DNA of 64,000 nucleotides from an uncultured Streptococcus sp. (GTDB lineage Bacteria; Bacillota; Bacilli; Lactobacillales; Streptococcaceae): contig CAUQXM010000003.1 in the NCBI GenBank assembly GCA_963522215.1, positions 306 through 64,305 of the forward strand, given 5' to 3'. Within the stretch, counting starts at the first letter, position 1. Every line of letters starts with the position of its first letter. Both the position numbers and the translations under genes were made by a program. This document shows positions 1 through 10,596 of this stretch, one piece after another. The notes under the pieces are model-generated. The model was not told the origin of the DNA. It worked only from the letters and a program-made list of their open reading frames with translations, and did not search any database.

Positions 1-57
1 AATAAAGGGTAGCTTACTATTATCTGAATCAACTGATTTGGAAAGAAAGGATTCGTT

Positions 58-1251
58 TTGAAATCAATAGGCTTTATTGAAAAGCTGAAAGGGTTGTCTA
101 GTAAAGAGCTGATTTTATTGGGAATTATCCTGAGTATCTTTTTACCCTTTTATCTTTTTGTAGTTGTATTCTGTTTATATATTATCAGTTTAATTTTTAC
201 AGGAGACATGAAAAGTATTCTTCAGAAAATGGGGGAGCATCCGATGCTGCTTCTTTTTCTTGGCTATAGTACTGTTATATCCGTTTTTGCACAAAATTGG
301 ATGGGAGTTGTGGCTTCAGTAGGAATTTTTCTATTTACTGTTTTCTTTTTGCACTATCAGTCGATTTTATCACATAAATTCTTTCGATTGATTTTGCAGC
401 TCGTCTTGTTTGATAGTGTCTTGTCAGCTGCTTTTGCGAGTTTAGAACATTTCCAAATTGTGAAGAAATTTAACTATGCTTTTCTTTCACCCAATATGCA
501 GGTTTGGCATCAGAATCGTGCAGAAGTGACCTTCTTTAATCCTAATTATTATGGAATTATTTGTTGTTTCTGTATCATGATTGCTTTCTATCTGTTTACA
601 ACGACCAAGTTGAATTGGTTGAAAGTATTCTGTGTGATTGCAGGCTTTGTGAATCTCTTTGGTTTGAACTTTACGCAAAATCGAACTGCCTTTCCTGCTA
701 TTATCGCTGGAGCCATTATTTATCTCTTTACGACCATTAAAAACTGGAAGGCCTTTTGGCTTAGTATTGGGGTCTTTGCGATTGGCTTGAGCTTCCTCTT
801 TTCCAGTGATTTGGGAGTTCGGATGGGGACTTTAGACTCTTCTATGGAAGAACGCATTTCTATCTGGGATGCTGGGATGGCCTTATTTAAGCAAAATCCT
901 TTTTGGGGTGAGGGGCCATTGACCTATATGCACTCGTATCCTCGGATAAATGCTCCTTATCATGAACATGCTCATAGTCTTTATATTGATACGATTCTGA
1001 GTTACGGAGTTGTGGGGACTATTTTATTAGTTTTGTCTTCTGTTGCTCCTGTTCGCTTGATGATGGATATGAGTCAGGAGTCGGGGAAACGTCCGATTAT
1101 CGGTCTTTATCTGTCTTTCCTTACAGTGGTTGCTGTGCATGGAATCTTTGACTTGGCCCTCTTCTGGATTCAGTCAGGTTTCATTTTCTTGCTAGTTATG
1201 TGCAGTGTTCCATTGGAGCATCGAACGTTGGTATCGGACATGACGGATTAA
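58..1251 (+). CDS. tacL: O-antigen-ligase-family membrane protein, lipoteichoic acid ligase TacL (RafX)
   Basis: 397 aa polytopic membrane protein with Wzy_C-like motifs (NPNYYG, ERISIW, HAHSLY); resembles pneumococcal TacL; TTG start. Confidence 0.85.
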   Translation: MKSIGFIEKLKGLSSKELILLGIILSIFLPFYLFVVVFCLYIISLIFTGDMKSILQKMGEHPMLLLFLGYSTVISVFAQNWMGVVASVGIFLFTVFFLHYQSILSHKFFRLILQLVLFDSVLSAAFASLEHFQIVKKFNYAFLSPNMQVWHQNRAEVTFFNPNYYGIICCFCIMIAFYLFTTTKLNWLKVFCVIAGFVNLFGLNFTQNRTAFPAIIAGAIIYLFTTIKNWKAFWLSIGVFAIGLSFLFSSDLGVRMGTLDSSMEERISIWDAGMALFKQNPFWGEGPLTYMHSYPRINAPYHEHAHSLYIDTILSYGVVGTILLVLSSVAPVRLMMDMSQESGKRPIIGLYLSFLTVVAVHGIFDLALFWIQSGFIFLLVMCSVPLEHRTLVSDMTD

Positions 1252-1266
1252 GTTTATAAGATTAGA

Positions 1267-1294
1267 ATCTTCTACCTTGGGTGGGAGATTTTTT
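1267..1294 (+). terminator. Intrinsic terminator after tacL
   Basis: AATCTTCTACC/GGTGGGAGATT stem followed by a T run. Confidence 0.6.
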
Positions 1295-1325
1295 ACTGGG
1301 AAAAATTATTTCTAAATCGAAATAG

Positions 1326-1379
1326 TTGACAGTTAGAATGATGAGTGTTACAATTATTTTATTCGTTTCGATATCGAAA
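1326..1379 (+). promoter_or_regulatory. SigA promoter with probable MarR operator
   Basis: TTGACA(1326)-17bp-TACAAT(1349) with TG extension; perfect palindrome TTTCGATATCGAAA at 1366-1379; related TTTCTAAATCGAAA near 1309. Confidence 0.7.
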
Positions 1380-1394
1380 TAAATTGGAGGTGTT

Positions 1395-1838
1395 ATGAAA
1401 GATAGTCATTTGGTAGCCCATCATATTCGTTTGTTGAATGCGAGGATTTTTCAAAAGTTACTTAGTCGGGATCCTGAAGCTCTTTATAGGAGTGAACAGG
1501 GAAAGATTTTAGCGGTTTTATGGAATAGTGAAACTGGCTGCGCAACTGCGACAGATATTGCTCTGGCAACTGGGCTTGCTAATAATACACTGACGACGAT
1601 GATTAAAAACCTAGAGGAACAAAATCTTGTAACTATTAGTCCATGTGGAGAAGATAAGCGTAAGAAGTATTTGGTTTTAACAGAGTTGGGGAAGTCTCAG
1701 AAAGAAGTGGGGCATCGTGTCAGTCAGAAATTGGATACGATCTTTTACAAAGGATTTTCAGAGGAAGAAATTCGTCAGTTTGAAGCCTTTCAAGAAAGAA
1801 TTTTGGCTAATCTGAAAGAGGAGGAAAATGAGGTTTAA
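1395..1838 (+). CDS. MarR-family transcriptional regulator of the egtU operon
   Basis: 147 aa winged-helix protein with DKRKKYLVLTELG MarR motif; GGAGG RBS. Confidence 0.9.
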   Translation: MKDSHLVAHHIRLLNARIFQKLLSRDPEALYRSEQGKILAVLWNSETGCATATDIALATGLANNTLTTMIKNLEEQNLVTISPCGEDKRKKYLVLTELGKSQKEVGHRVSQKLDTIFYKGFSEEEIRQFEAFQERILANLKEEENEV

Positions 1839-1866
1839 AATGGAGCAAATTAGCTGTTTATAAGTA

Positions 1867-2064
1867 AAGACCACTTTCGACTTTGTTTTCCAACTCTTAG
1901 GACAAGGAAACTATGTGGTTAGCTATGATCAGACTCAGATTGATGGAGTTGCTTATGCCCAGTATGATATCTTCCGTCTAGAAAACGGGAAAATTGTGGA
2001 ACATTGGGACAGTAAGGAAGTCATGCCTAAGGTAGAAGATTTGACCAATCGAGGGAAGTTTTAA
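1867..2064 (+). pseudogene. C-terminal remnant of a SnoaL/NTF2-like protein
   Basis: Frame reads KTTFDFVFQLLGQGNYVVS..YDIFRLENGKIVEHWD..NRGKF*, a SnoaL-like motif; no in-frame N-terminus. Confidence 0.7.
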
Positions 2065-2078
2065 ATTGAGGATACAGA

Positions 2079-4320
<2,242 letters not shown>

Positions 4321-4366
4321 CTTGAAAAGCTAAACTCAACTTGGTTAAACGACCATATAGAAAACT

Positions 4367-4393
4367 GCTCAGACAATGTTGTCTGGGCTTTTT
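4367..4393 (+). terminator. Intrinsic terminator after egtU
   Basis: GCTCAGACAA-TG-TTGTCTGGGC followed by a T run. Confidence 0.65.
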
Positions 4394-4478
4394 GGGTGTC
4401 AGAATTAATGATTTTCATTTTTAAATGGAAAATAAGAGGAAATTTTTAGGATTTTCTAAAATTTTACTGTAAATACAC

Positions 4479-4506
4479 TTGACTATTCACAAAATAGGTG
4501 TATAAT
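4479..4506 (+). promoter_or_regulatory. SigA promoter of the former pnuC leader
   Basis: TTGACT-16bp-TATAAT. Confidence 0.65.
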
Positions 4507-4509
4507 GTG

Positions 4510-4527
4510 TTGTGAACTACTTAACAA
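4510..4527. promoter_or_regulatory. Rex-like operator
   Basis: TTGTGAA-CTAC-TTAACAA, one mismatch to TTGTGAANNNNTTCACAA, just downstream of the -10. Confidence 0.65.
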
Positions 4528-4568
4528 ATAAAGATTTCCAGCTCATGTCGACTAAGGCTGGAAATCTT

Positions 4569-4582
4569 GTGTATAGACAGTT
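4569..4582. promoter_or_regulatory. NiaR-like operator
   Basis: GTGTATAGACAGTT fits the GTGTMTWKACASYT core recalled for streptococcal NiaR sites, which include the pnuC promoter. Confidence 0.55.
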
Positions 4583-4597
4583 CAGTAGATATATAAT

Positions 4598-4653
4598 AGA
4601 GCGTTGCGTCCGAAAGTCTATCCAGACACGGCTCTTTAAAAACAAAAGGAGAA
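4598..4653 (+). ncRNA. NAD+-II (pnuC-motif) riboswitch
   Basis: AGAGCGTTGCGTCCGAAAGTCT-ATCC-AGACACGGCTCTTTAAAAACAAAAGGAGAA: P1 AGAGC/GCTCT, inner GTCT/AGAC stem, loop TCC able to pair with the GGA of the RBS; matches the streptococcal pnuC motif; a pnuC remnant lies downstream. Confidence 0.88.
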
Positions 4654-4657
4654 GATT

Positions 4658-5260
4658 ATGAAAACAGAACCGATTCATCGTACCAGTATGTGGAAATTTA
4701 AGTTAAGTGCTGCCACCATGACTTTGATTCCCGCTGCCGTGGGGATTAACTATGTTGCCAAAGCCTTGGCGGAGGGATTAAAGTTGCCCGTTTGGCTGGG
4801 GTCTTTGGGAACCTTTCTTACCAGCATGTTGGCTGGGCCGGTTGCCGGTGCCATTAGTGGTTTCATCAACAACGTGATCTATGGGCTGACCTTATCGCCA
4901 ATTTCAACCGTGTATGCGATTACCAGCATCGGAATTGGGATTGCTGTCGGAGTTTTGCACGCCAATGGGTGGTTCTCGTCAGCGCGACGAGTATTTGTTT
5001 CTGCTATTATTATTGCCATCGTTTCAGCTGTCATTTCAACGCCACTCAACGTCATCTTTTGGGGTGGTCAGACCGGTATCGCTTGGGGTGACTCATTGTT
5101 TGCGGTAATGGTCGCCAATCATGCACCAGTGTGGCTGGCCTCATTTACCGATGAGTTTGTCTTGGATATTTTGGATAAAGTCTGCGTGGCCTACCTGTCA
5201 TTCTTCATCTATCGTCAGCTGCCGAAGCGGATGGTGCACTTCTTTAGCGATGATAAATGA
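4658..5260 (+). CDS. ECF transporter S component (QrtT/MtaT-like, nucleoside-associated family)
   Basis: 200 aa hydrophobic; KLPVWLGSLGT..AGPVAG, GGQTG, DK motifs; adjacent T and A components. Confidence 0.8.
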   Translation: MKTEPIHRTSMWKFKLSAATMTLIPAAVGINYVAKALAEGLKLPVWLGSLGTFLTSMLAGPVAGAISGFINNVIYGLTLSPISTVYAITSIGIGIAVGVLHANGWFSSARRVFVSAIIIAIVSAVISTPLNVIFWGGQTGIAWGDSLFAVMVANHAPVWLASFTDEFVLDILDKVCVAYLSFFIYRQLPKRMVHFFSDDK

Positions 5261-6051
5261 TGACTGATAAAACATTGATTTCTGGAGCGCCACGGGTCAA
5301 GCTCAAGTGGTACCAGGTAATCGATCCGATTACTAAGCTCTTGTTCATCTTGGACATGACGTTGTTGAGCTTTGCCAGTATGAATTTATTGCTTCAGGCC
5401 GGATTAATTCTTGTCGCAACACTGCTATTGTTATTTTCCAAATTGAGTTCTACCACCTTTAAGGCGCTGGGATTCAGCCTGTTTCTGATTTGCACCATGC
5501 TGATCATCCAAGGGTTATTTTACGGTCGGAATCAAACTGTGCTGTTTTCTGTGCTTGGGGTGTCGTTCTACAAAGAAGGCCTGATTTACGCCACCACTCT
5601 GGGTTGTCGAGTATTGGTGATTATTTTGACCAGTGGCTTTTTTATGGTGACCACGAGTATTTCAGAAAACGCGGCCTATTTGGAACTGTCCGGATTGTCT
5701 TATAAAACCGTCTACGTTCTGATGTCGGTGTGTTATATTTTGCCGGAAATGATACGCAATATGCGGAAAATCCAGCAGGCACAAAAAGTTCGCGGAACCA
5801 ATCCGCAAAAAACGTTGATTCAGAAATTAAAGTCAGTCCTGCCGGTTCTAATTCCATTGGTGATTAAGACCTTGGATCAATCGATGACGCGGTCGATTTC
5901 TCTCCAACTGAGAGGTTTTGATAATCTCAACCGGACTGTCAGAACCTCCCAGCGCGTGTATCGCCTGTCGCGGACGCTGCACATTGGTCTGACTGGATTG
6001 GCAATTTTATTGATTGGGTGGAAGATATGGACGAAGATAAACGGATTGTAA
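5257..6051 (+). CDS. ECF transporter T component (EcfT/CbiQ)
   Basis: DPITKL, AQKVRG and LQLRGF motifs. Confidence 0.85.
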   Translation: MMTDKTLISGAPRVKLKWYQVIDPITKLLFILDMTLLSFASMNLLLQAGLILVATLLLLFSKLSSTTFKALGFSLFLICTMLIIQGLFYGRNQTVLFSVLGVSFYKEGLIYATTLGCRVLVIILTSGFFMVTTSISENAAYLELSGLSYKTVYVLMSVCYILPEMIRNMRKIQQAQKVRGTNPQKTLIQKLKSVLPVLIPLVIKTLDQSMTRSISLQLRGFDNLNRTVRTSQRVYRLSRTLHIGLTGLAILLIGWKIWTKINGL

Positions 6052-6863
6052 TTGAAAATTTGACCACCCGTTATCCGGGTACTGAGCAACCACAACTGCG
6101 TCAGATTAACGCGGAGATTCATACCGGCCAGGTGGTTGGGATTATCGGGAATAGCCACTCCGGCAAATCGACTTTGTGTCGTGTGCTGGCAGGGGTCATT
6201 CCCAAAATTGTGTCTGCTGAGATTGAGGGTGATTGGCACATGTTTGGCCAGCGAGTGTCCGACAATTGGCCCGTTTATAATGCCATGAATGGAGTTGTAC
6301 TGCAAAATCCAGCTGGCCAACTAAGCGGGTTGGCAGACACGGTTGCCGATGAAATCGCCTTTGACTTGATTAATCAGGGAATGGCTGAAGGACTGATTCA
6401 AAAACGGGTTGAAGAAGTTGCCACGCAAATGGGGCTGATTGAACAGCTGAATTTGCGTCCCGAGAGCCTTTCCGGTGGTCAGATCCAGCGGTTGGCAATT
6501 GCCACGGCGATTGTGGCTAATCCGGCTGTTTTGATTATGGATGATCCGACCAGTGAGATGGATCCCCTTGGCCGCCGGCAATTTTTCCAATGGCTGGCCC
6601 AAGTCAAAGAGACGACTGTCTTCATTGTCACCAGTGAAATTGACGATTTGTGCGAAGTCGCCGACGTTGTGTGGGTGCTGCACGAGGGTCAAATGGTAGC
6701 CCAGGGCAGGCCGGGTGAGGTGTTTAATCATTTGGCGGCTGACTGGCAGATTCCAGCCCCGACAATCCAGCAACTTGCTCAAAAAATGGATTGGCACTTG
6801 GCTGATGGCCGGTATCCGGTGAATTACGCTGATCTGAAGGAGGTTCGTTATGTCCACAATTGA
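6018..6863 (+). CDS. ECF ATPase A1 (CbiO-like); start may be ATG 6027
   Basis: GNSHSGKST, LQNP, LSGGQ, MDDPTSEMD (Asp in the catalytic Glu position). Confidence 0.85.
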   Translation: MEDMDEDKRIVIENLTTRYPGTEQPQLRQINAEIHTGQVVGIIGNSHSGKSTLCRVLAGVIPKIVSAEIEGDWHMFGQRVSDNWPVYNAMNGVVLQNPAGQLSGLADTVADEIAFDLINQGMAEGLIQKRVEEVATQMGLIEQLNLRPESLSGGQIQRLAIATAIVANPAVLIMDDPTSEMDPLGRRQFFQWLAQVKETTVFIVTSEIDDLCEVADVVWVLHEGQMVAQGRPGEVFNHLAADWQIPAPTIQQLAQKMDWHLADGRYPVNYADLKEVRYVHN

Positions 6864-7650
6864 ACTGAGCCACCTGACGTTCACTTATCCGGAACGGTCC
6901 TTTAGCTTGGATGTTGAAGACAAACACTTCGCCGATCCGATGGTGGCGATTGTCGGCCAAAATGGTGCCGGCAAATCAACGCTCTTCAAATTGTTGACGG
7001 GCTTGCTGACACCACAAACCGGTGTGATTAAGAGCGATGGAGAAAATTTTAATGATCTTAAACCAGTCGAAAAGTTACTGAAGGTTGGGATTACTTTTCA
7101 GAATCCTGACGATCAGCTTTTCAACCCGACCGTTCAACGAGAGGTGGAGTGGAATGTCGCGCAGGTCATGGATGACCACGACACGATTACGAGGCGGGCT
7201 TTAGCGGCTCTAAAAAGAGTTGGCTTGGATGATAAAACAGCTGAAAGTCCATATGACCTGTCATTGTCGGAACGCAAGCTGTTGAGCGTTGCCACAGTTT
7301 TGGCAGTGGATCCGGCGATTTATTTATTTGATGAGCCGATGATGTCGCTTGATTGGGAAAGCCGGCGCAAGTTGACCGCAATTTTCCATCAGTTGGCTGA
7401 TTCGGGCCACCAAGTTGTGACCATCACCCATGACATGGATTGGGTCGCCGCCGAGTTTGAGTCGGTGTATGTTATGGAACACGGGAAGTTTGGCTTCGCC
7501 GGCAGTCCACGGGAATTGTTCAGCAATCACGAACTTGTCCAGCGAGTGGGATTACTACCACCGCGGATTATGGACATAGCGGAGTCTCTGGGTGATTCAC
7601 AGACATATTTATCGGTTAATGATTATTGCCAGAAAAATCGAGATGTATAG
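6850..7650 (+). CDS. ECF ATPase A2
   Basis: GQNGAGKST, FQNPDDQLF, degenerate LSLSE signature, DEP, THD. Confidence 0.85.
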   Translation: MSTIELSHLTFTYPERSFSLDVEDKHFADPMVAIVGQNGAGKSTLFKLLTGLLTPQTGVIKSDGENFNDLKPVEKLLKVGITFQNPDDQLFNPTVQREVEWNVAQVMDDHDTITRRALAALKRVGLDDKTAESPYDLSLSERKLLSVATVLAVDPAIYLFDEPMMSLDWESRRKLTAIFHQLADSGHQVVTITHDMDWVAAEFESVYVMEHGKFGFAGSPRELFSNHELVQRVGLLPPRIMDIAESLGDSQTYLSVNDYCQKNRDV

Positions 7651-7651
7651 A

Positions 7652-7707
7652 AAAAGTCACCTCTGCGGGTTTTCCAGGTTGAAGGATTAACTTCAGCTTC
7701 TGGCAAG
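7652..7707. terminator. Long hairpin after the ECF cassette
   Basis: AAAAGTCACC...GGTGACTTTT inverted repeat. Confidence 0.5.
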
Positions 7708-7856
7708 AACTCACATGGGTGACTTTTGTGTTTAATAACGTTTCATGATCATCGGGTGCTTCCTCAGATCACTCGGTTTGATTTTACTTTGTTTCATGGT
7801 TATAATCATATACCATTTCTTTTGGATTTTTTGTTTGACTAATACAAAATAGGTCT

Positions 7857-8048
7857 TCATAGGTCTTCGCATTTTTGGCGCCCATTAGGATCATCAGTAT
7901 AATTTTCTGAATTAGGAGACTGTCCCATCACTATTCGAACTTCGTCTTCCAACTTACGCTGTTCCCATTCATCCGTGAATCCTTTAAATCGCAATTCTGG
8001 AACTTTCTTTTTAACTGAATCATCTATTTTCGCCATAGTCCCCACCAT
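7857..8048 (-). pseudogene. hsdS: 5' fragment of a plasmid-type type I R-M specificity subunit
   Basis: KKKVPELRFKGFTDEWEQRKL, typical of lactococcal plasmid HsdS N-termini; truncated after about 55 aa. Confidence 0.8.
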
Positions 8049-8521
8049 TTTATTGGTTTTTCTTGTTCTTCTATCCTTTTTTGATCTTTGATTTGTTCCT
8101 GCAAATTTTCCAACTTCTCTTTAAGAGCGTTCACTTCATCTTTATATTGATTGTATAAGTGTTTGAATTCTGTTTCTTGTGAGGGCATTTTGAGGGCTTT
8201 TAAGTTATCATTTTCCGCCTTGTATTCTTCTAGCAACTTTTTATCTTGCAAGGCTAATCGTTGTTACTGGTCTAACAAATTAGTTAGTTTTTCTATTTGT
8301 TGGTCTTTGCTACTTATTTGTTGGTCTTTGGTATTCGATTTGCTACTACTTTCTACTTTACCTAAAATTATTTTTTCTGCTTTAGAATTTATTAGATTAG
8401 ACCCATTGGAACTTTTAAGCTGTAATTCTTTTGGTAACCTTTGGTAGTGATATTGAATATTTTGTTTTGTAACACTCAACTCATCCGCCAGCTCTTTGAT
8501 CGTTTTTAAGTCTTCACTCAT
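8024..8521 (-). pseudogene. Plasmid replication-associated OrfX/RepX, split by one nonsense codon
   Basis: MSEDLKTIKELADELSVTKQ HTH, coiled coil, KWWGLW end; the two ORFs are in frame around a TAA at 8264-8266. Confidence 0.8.
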
Positions 8522-8890
8522 GGTTTAAGTCCTGCCTTTTAACCGTTGGTAGATATTGTTCAATGGCTTTTTTGAGGTAGCGTACGATATTATGCTTAGA
8601 ATATTCTTCACGTCTGCTGGCAACATAAGACAAGTGGTCTTTAACACTATTTAGCCCTCTTAATTCTTTCAGTTCGTCATAGAGGGGGTAAACATGGACT
8701 TGCAATCCTGCCATGATTTTTGTATCTTGCATTTCAAACGGACTTAGCAACATATTTTCTAGCAATAGCGTGGTGTACTTGTTTTTCATTGCTTCAATAG
8801 CTAGCTTATCTTCGGTTTCTGCTTTGCGTGCTTTATCTTCTTGATAGGCGGTATCTTCTAACTTATAGCTGTTATCGTCTGCTCGACGTT
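8514..8890 (-). pseudogene. repB: 3' part of a lactococcal theta-plasmid RepB
   Basis: KRRADDNSYKL..LQVHVYPLYDELKELRGLN..YLKKAIEQYLPTVKRQDL; overlaps the orfX start as in repB-orfX-hsdS replicons. Confidence 0.8.
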
Positions 8891-9209
8891 TCTTTCGTAA
8901 CCAGATATCCAATGTTAAACCGTCCGCATCAATCGCTCGATAGAGATAATGCCAACGCCCCTTAATTTTGATATAGGTTTCATCCATTTTCCACGAATAG
9001 AAGGACTGTTTATTTTTCTTTTTCCAGAGATGATAGAGGATTTTACTGTATTCTTGAACCCACCGATAAATCGTAGTGTGACAAACATTTATTCCAGGGT
9101 CATAAAGCAATTCCTGAACTTCACGATAGCTCAGATTGTAACGTAGGTAATAATCAACAGCGACAATGATGACGTCTTGTTGGAATTGTTTGCCTTTAAA
9201 ATGATTCAT
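8890..9209 (-). mobile_element. N-terminal half of an IS6-family (ISS1/IS1216-like) transposase, fused in frame to repB
   Basis: MNHFKGKQFQQDVIIVAV..WKMDETYIKIKGRWHYLYRAID; C-terminal half absent and no terminal IR visible. Confidence 0.85.
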
Positions 9210-9251
9210 CTCTCAAGCCTTACTAACCTTTTTTCTGCTCTTTGAGAAGCT

Positions 9252-9770
9252 GAAGGTCGTGCTAGTAACTACCTATTTGGTTTGATTAATTCCATCATTT
9301 ATCTGGTGCTTGCCCTTCAAAAAGGCTTCTATGGTGAGGTTTTAACAACTCTCTATTTTACAATTATGCAACCGATTGGGCTCCTAGTTTGGATTTATCA
9401 AGCTCAGTTTAAGAAAGAACAACAAGAGTTTGTCGCACGTAAACTATATGGCAAGGGTTGGACAAAGTATCTTTCCATTAGTGTTCTTTGGTGGTTGGTT
9501 TTTGGCTTTATTTATCAGTCTATCGGTGCCAATCGTCCCTATCGTGATTCTATCACTGATGCGACCAATGGGGTAGGGCAAATCCTCATGACAGCTGTTT
9601 ACCGTGAACAATGGATATTCTGGGCAGCTACAAATGTCTTTTCAATTTATCTCTGGTGGGGAGGAAGCCTGCAAATTCAAGGGAAATACCTGATTTATCT
9701 CATCAACAGTCTAGTTGGTTGGTATCAGTGGAGCAAGGCAGCTAAGCAGAATGCTGACTTACCTAACTAA
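9252..9770 (+). pseudogene. pnuC: 5'-truncated nicotinamide riboside transporter PnuC
   Basis: Frame begins mid-protein at EGRASNYLFGLINS; contains YREQWIFW..N PnuC motif; N-terminal part, RBS and promoter missing. Confidence 0.85.
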
Positions 9771-9849
9771 GAAGAGATGTTTGAAAATGCTGTTTTAAGT
9801 TTTCGGTTAAAACAGATAGAGTTGATAATCAAGGATTTGAGATAATGAA

Positions 9850-9874
9850 AAAGAGGATCGGTGGGTCCTCTTTT
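9850..9874. terminator. Bidirectional terminator between pnuC and sczA
   Basis: AAAAGAGGAT-CGGTG-GGTCCTCTTTT. Confidence 0.6.
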
Positions 9875-9936
9875 ATTGTTAAAAAAATGAAAAACTCAGT
9901 AGTCTAGGCATAAGGCAACTGAGCTCTACTCTGTAT

Positions 9937-10473
9937 TCAATTTTTAGGAATGAGAAGGTCTAGATAAAACTGGACAACTTCTTGTTCTGTGAAATCTTGC
10001 CCTTTTTTAAGCCACCAGGTTAATGTCTCGATAAAGTTGGTTACAACTAAGTGTTGGAGATAAGAAGCAGGCAGACTTGGGTGAGCTTTTTTCAAATCCT
10101 CAGCCAGCATAGGATAGACGTGGTGCTCCAGCTCTCTCTGGAGTTGACGGAGGAAGTAGTCATTTTTGGAGAATAGTAAACTAGTGATATGGTCTTGATT
10201 TTTCTGAAAATGTAGAAAGAGGTGGGCAAGGTAATCTTCGGTTGAAATGGCTTGCTCTCTTTCAAAGAGATGATGGAAGAGGTAACGACAGAGCTCATCT
10301 AGAAGTAGCTCTTTGCTTTCATAGTGACAGTAAAAGGTGGAACGTCCCACATCTGCGAGATCAATGATATCCTGAACAGTAGTGGCCTCGTAGCCCTTAG
10401 CATTCAAAAGTTGTAGAAAAGCTTGATAGATGGCTTTTTTTGTTTTACTGATACGGCGGTCAATCTTAGTCAT
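9937..10473 (-). CDS. sczA: TetR-family zinc-responsive regulator SczA
   Basis: TetR HTH (ADVGRSTFYCHY), His-rich; divergent from czcD. Confidence 0.9.
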   Translation of the reverse strand: MTKIDRRISKTKKAIYQAFLQLLNAKGYEATTVQDIIDLADVGRSTFYCHYESKELLLDELCRYLFHHLFEREQAISTEDYLAHLFLHFQKNQDHITSLLFSKNDYFLRQLQRELEHHVYPMLAEDLKKAHPSLPASYLQHLVVTNFIETLTWWLKKGQDFTEQEVVQFYLDLLIPKN

Positions 10474-10492
10474 ATGGACACTTGAGGCAAAT

Positions 10493-10575
10493 TGTTCAGA
10501 ACTGAATAAAGCTGACGCTTTGCTTCTATCCTTTCTTTGAGTTTTAGTGGATAATGATAATGAACAAGATGTTCA
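10493..10575. promoter_or_regulatory. SczA operators
   Basis: TGTTCA-GAAC-TGAATA (10493-10508) and TGAACA-AGA-TGTTCA (10561-10575). Confidence 0.65.
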
Positions 10576-10596
10576 TGAATCTATTATAACAAAGGA

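Noticed and set aside
4658..7650. Cobalt transporter (CbiMQO) annotation
   Set aside because: The S component lacks the N-terminal MH metal-binding motif of CbiM/NikM; CbiQ/CbiO similarity is generic to ECF modules
7857..8048. Active type I R-M or hsdS shufflon
   Set aside because: Only a short fragment; no hsdR, hsdM or recombinase in the window
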